From positions 1 to 40,056 of the forward strand of contig CAJNYD010000059.1 in NCBI GenBank assembly GCA_905331295.1: a stretch of DNA of 40,056 bases. Direction: 5' to 3'. Positions 35,421-40,056 of the stretch are shown here, in pieces. The number at the start of each line of letters is the position of its first letter. Position 1 is the first letter of the stretch. Both the position numbers and the translations under genes were made by a program. A model generated the notes under the pieces. The model was not told where the DNA came from. It searched no databases and saw only the letters and a list, made by a program, of their open reading frames with translations. The DNA is from Rotaria socialis (taxonomy: Eukaryota).

Positions 35421-35685
35421 CACTGTAAAAAAAAAGCGCAGAATAATCAACCCTTGCCCTTAATTTTCCTTTTCATAAACTCTTGAGGGGTTTATAAGGA
35501 TGGTATATACTTCGTGATCCAAAGGGTTCTTGAGCGTAAGTGTATTTGAAGAGGCACAGGGTATATGGAGCTCTTTTAAGGGTTTTATATTTCATATTTT
35601 AAGGAAAGCAGTTCATTATTAAACGATTAGGGGTAGATTAATAAACGCATTTTTCACAAACGTTTCTAATTCAGCAATGAAGGGN
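35421..35685. mobile_element. Left end of a CACTG-terminated element truncating the Athena 5' region
   Basis: CACTGTAAAAAAAAAG..AGAATAATCAACCCTT with AGGGTTT repeats; same family as 6322-6439. Runs into the gap at 35685. Confidence 0.65.
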
Positions 35686-35857
35686 TCATCGAGATTGTTA
35701 ACACACTTATGAAGATGAATTAATAATAGGAAATAGTTATCAACTATGAATTCAAATGTGACCTACATTTCTATAATTATTTTAATTAAAAGTGGTGTGT
35801 TATTGTATTTGATTCATTTCGATGCTACGAGTCCCAAGTAAGCAAAAAATGAAGAGA

Positions 35858-37307
35858 GACTGCCGACATGACTAGTAAGAAATGTCCGCAGCTTCCGTCA
35901 AGTCTAGTCTGAAACGTCTTGCATACCCGTCTTGTCTAGTCAGCTTAATGAGGAGTGTCTTACAAACACGTCTGTACTAGTCTGAAATGTCCTTGAGCCC
36001 AGCCATGTCTAGTCCGTGTTGTCAGTTGACCTAGTCCAGACTAGTAAGAAGATTAAAAACAGAGGTTACACGGTGGATTTGAACATCCAGCCCGACAGTG
36101 TTCGAGATATGACGGACATTCTGATGGCAGACTAAGGCACTGAGATAGACTGCCGTAAGTATATATAGTCTAAACTTATATATTGACTCCCACTCATACA
36201 TAGAAAATAAGAAACAAACCGACGTGAACGGTATTGACTAGTCTGAAATGTCTTCAACAGCTATTAGGACTAGTCTGAAGCATCTTCTGGACACCTCATG
36301 ACTAGTCCTTTTTTAAGAAGTATTTATTTTACTCAATGCTTATCGAATTTGTTTCTAGCTAGAAAAGGACAATTAGAGAGTCTGCTGTAATCAACAGTGC
36401 ATTCGAAAAGATTTAATACATTGCGTGCATCCCTGCCTTGATATATTTTATTTTATTTTGCATTAGCATATGCTAAAAGTTTAATAGTGTATCAAAACAT
36501 AAAATAGGAGGGGTTAGTACTAACAACAAGATTCATCTCGTATCTAGGAGTGCTAATTTATATATTTTTTTCAAAATGTGAGATGTACTAAATTTTAAAA
36601 AATTGAGAAGCATCTAAATCTTTTCATATAATACTATTATGTTAGTTTATTTTAAATATCAATTCTAATAATTTAAAATGAACCAAAAATAATTTATTTA
36701 TTAGATGAATATACGGCGATTTAAATTTAAAACTAACCTAAAAAATAATATAAAAAAAATTAGTTTCTATTCCATACAAATATTTTTTTAATTTTATACT
36801 CAAATTAATGTTTTTAAAACCCAACTAAATAATCGCGCTTACTTATAAATCAAAATATATTTGTCGAAAAAATTATAAAATCTTCCGAATTTATTTTTAT
36901 TTAATGTTATCTAAAGTAGTCGTGTTTCGGTAAAAGATAATTTTTATTGATACATAAAATTAAAAAATTTGGAGTAAAAATTGTATTAAATAGCATCTTA
37001 GAATGATCATGAGTGTGTAGAAATGACTTCTCGATCATATGGCTCAGTGGTTCTGGCGATGGGTAAGTGTCACATTGTATACATGTTCGAATCTAACCTT
37101 CATCCTTACATATTTCCATTCAGACTAGTTCAGACTCGTCCACTATATAAGGCTATAGCTGGTTGTACAATCGTCCCAGACGCCCTTAATTTTTCATTCA
37201 TAAACCATTTTCGGACGAGCGACAGGGGCACTCGTCACGACTACTCTTATTTGATTTTATGACTAGTCGTCAGTCAGAGTACTAGAACGCGTATGCATGC
37301 AGCAGTG
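35858..37307. mobile_element. Probable decayed CACTA-type non-autonomous element with GACTAGTC subterminal repeats
   Basis: Many GACTAGTC/CTAGTC motifs at 35870-36310 and 37120-37290 flank an AT-rich core. Imperfect ends GACTGCCGACATG / CATGCAGCAGTG. No TSD. Confidence 0.45.
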
Positions 37308-37394
37308 TCAAAGATCGAAAAAATGTCCACTTCACGAAAAGTCCCATGACTATATGTGGGACCTTACATACCTCATGAAATATCACATACTTAT

Positions 37395-38265
37395 ATACAA
37401 GTAACGTTCATCGACATCGAGAGTCGATTCACTGGGCCCTAGACTGACAGTGCTGAGGAGAAGAAATGCATGGACAGGACAGAAAATCCGTTGTTTGTGC
37501 TAGTAGCTGTTGGCGATATTTTTAAACAGATCTGTAAACGGGGTGGGAATAAGTGAAACTAAAGTAAGAATTAGACGAAAATTAAAGGTTTCAAGTAAAA
37601 GCACTAAAAGGGAAGACGAAAACGGACAGAATGGTACTCAAAAGCATATAAATCGGCGGAGAGGTTGAGTGTTACCTAGCCAAAAAATGCACAGCCTGGA
37701 AATTTCGTGATGGTAACCTCAAAGTTCCGTAGGGGGATCAGCTCATCCCTCCACTCAAGACATATCCAGAGCGGACTGTTTTCCGTGACCATGTCATGCA
37801 GCCGCCTATGGTTTCTGTCGTATCAATGCCCTAGGGGCCATCAAAATGGTCATTTGAACCATAGAAATGGCCATTTTGTACCACAGAAATGACCATTTTG
37901 TACTGTTTGAATGGTCATTTGTACCATAGAAATGGTCATTTGTGCCATATAAATGGTCAATTCTGCCACAGGAATGGGCAATTATACCATAAGAATTGGC
38001 CATAGAAATGGTCCTTTGTGCCACAAGAATGGTCAATTGTGCCACAGAAATGGTCAATTGTACCATGAGAGTGGTCGTTTGTGCCATAGAAATGGTCCTT
38101 TGTGCCATGGAAATGGTCAATTGTGCCATGTAAATGGTCGATTGTACCACAGAAATGGTCAATCGTGCCACAGGAATGGTCATTTGTGTCATTGTTACAG
38201 ACAGACAGGCAGACACAGGTGAATTACGGTTTCTAGACCCTATCCTTTCAGTCTAGAGAATATAT
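37395..38265 (-). mobile_element. Helentron-type (DINE-1-like) element with a central tandem array
   Basis: Minus-strand 5' subTIR CTCTAGACTGAAAG with hairpin and (GTCT)n microsatellite. Inverted subTIR at 37437-37450, then a TCGAC..GTCGA hairpin and a GTTACTTGT end. Confidence 0.75.
37844..38190. repeat. 21-bp tandem repeat (AAATGGTCAATTGTGCCACAG-like, ~16 units)
   Basis: Directly visible array; it produces the repetitive ORFs on both strands. Confidence 0.9.
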
Positions 38266-38271
38266 ATATAT

Positions 38272-40013
38272 ACGTAACAGAAGGAAAGGCAAAACATGGA
38301 TAAGTTACAAGCGGATCTTTCCTTTCTCCAGCGGACTTTTCTGTTTTCTAAAGGACTTTCCCTTTCACTTTTTAAATATGAAAATTTTCTTTATCGTTCT
38401 AATCTAAAGATAACGTAGAGAAAATCATTCTCCATATCTTATGAACATAAATTAGAGAAAATATTTATCTTCATTTAATAAACATTCAATATTTTTTGTT
38501 TTCAAATCTAAAAATTTACCTATCGTTTTAATATAGAGATAAATTAGAGAGAATCATTCTCCATATCTTATGAACATAAATTAGAGAATATCATTCTACA
38601 TATTTTATAAAAATGAATACGAGAAAATATTAATCTTTTTAAATTTTGTTTTTATTTTCGTAAATATGAAAAATTTCTTTATCGTTCTAATGTACAGATA
38701 AATTACAGAAAATCATTCTGCATATCTTATGAACATAAATGAGAGAAACTATTTTTCGATATTTTCGTAAATACGAAGATATTATTAATCTTTATTCCAT
38801 AAAAATAACGCCTGTATTCATATTCGTTTCATTTATCTTCTTATTCTCAACTACCGATATTTTATTTGCTGTTTATTCCTTATGGTAAAAATGTATGAAG
38901 ATGAAGTAACATCCAAATTCGAGAGAGAACTTTCTGTGCGGAGGACTATCAAATTTTATTTTAACCAGTATTTTCATTTAATGCACAAAACATTTTTCCT
39001 TTCCTCCTTCAACAAATGATTTTCGTATTCTTTTCTTTTTTCGCCACGTGTTCTTTGTTTTCTTTTCTCCTGTTCTTCGAGATATATTCATACTATCCAA
39101 TTCTGTATCCATGAAATCCAGCAACTATGTAACACAACATTACATAAAAAATTCAAACAAGACTCTCTTTTACCTACAAACAAATTCCATATCACTCTCA
39201 ACTTTATTCTTACTATTTTCTAGATAAACTCATGAATGAGCATCATATCTTGCATCTACTGCGAAAGACATGAACGCATGATCTCAATTTTCTGTCTACT
39301 GAAGCACGTCACGATACAAAAAATGTTTTCAAATGCTTTCCATCCGACACAAAATTTCGCCAAAATTCATTCGTTAACACACCACTAATAGAAAGGTTCT
39401 TATAGTTTAGAAATGTCCCTTGATGAATATGAAAACTCTCATGAAAGGTCCGCTGAACAATAAGGAAGATCCGCTGTAAAATAGAAAGGTCCGCTACAAA
39501 TACTAGGAATATGTCTACATGAATACATAAAGGTCCTTATGATTTACAAAAGTCCCTTGGTGAATATGAAAAGTTCCATGAAAGGTCCGCTGAAGAAAGA
39601 GAAAGATCCGCTGTAAAATAGAAAGGTCCGCCACAAATACTAGCAAAATGTCTACATGATTAGAGAAATGTCCTTATGATTTACAAAAGTCCCTTGGTGA
39701 ATATGAAAAGTCCCATGAAAGGTCCGCTGAAGAAAGAGAAAGATCCGCTGTAAAATAGAAAGGTCCGCTACAAATACTAGGAAAATGTCTACACGAATAG
39801 AGAAAGGTCCTTATAGATATAGAAAGGTGCCACATTAAAAAAGATTGGTCCTGTGGCATTAGGAAGAAATTCGTATAACTCATATTCGATAAATGCACTG
39901 CCCTTTTGTTCGATTAGTAATATCCGTTATAATTTCAAAGGACTTTTCGTAAAGTGGACATTTTCTGGATCTTTGCCAGCCCTCGAATTTTTATGGCTAC
40001 AGTTCTGTTAAGG
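38272..40013. mobile_element. Probable non-autonomous TIR element with inverted subterminal repeats and internal tandem repeats
   Basis: AGCGGA(T)CTTT motifs on the left versus AAAG(G/A)TCCGCT on the right. ~138-bp unit repeated about three times at 39410-39830. Imperfect ends ACGTAACAGAA / TTCTGTTAAGG. Confidence 0.5.
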
Positions 40014-40056
40014 CTTTCCTGTGATTGTTTTGTTCAGATTTAGAAGTGCATTAGAG

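Noticed and set aside
37806..38222. Repetitive ORFs on both strands, or a CRISPR-like array
   Set aside because: A 21-bp tandem repeat (a multiple of 3) without unique spacers, in a eukaryotic context with no cas genes.
39674..39898. 74-aa ORF
   Set aside because: It lies in the ~138-bp tandem repeats and shows no coding signal.

Overview
AT-rich eukaryotic DNA with short (~55-65 nt) GT-AG introns and several assembly gaps. The element content is characteristic of a bdelloid rotifer subtelomeric, transposon-rich region (organism inferred, not proven). Athena/Terminon-like (endonuclease-free Penelope-like) material: two coiled-coil genes (- strand, 1-4236), three decayed RT copies (+8288-10112, +10856-11690, -33320-35420), a Cys-rich degenerate GIY-YIG gene, and at least five minimal hammerhead ribozyme copies, most beside telomere-like repeats. 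An LTR element (5-bp TSD) and an intact RTE-like LINE are nested in the GIY-YIG gene. Also present are a second LTR copy, hAT and CMC/CACTA-type MITEs, and Helentron-type (DINE-1-like) elements. Between the convergent Athena blocks lie two co-oriented genes for likely NAD-using enzymes: an R-S-E ADP-ribosyltransferase and an unusual (TIR + beta-barrel)x3 protein in which only the third TIR keeps the catalytic Glu. All calls come from reading motifs by eye; no database searches were run.
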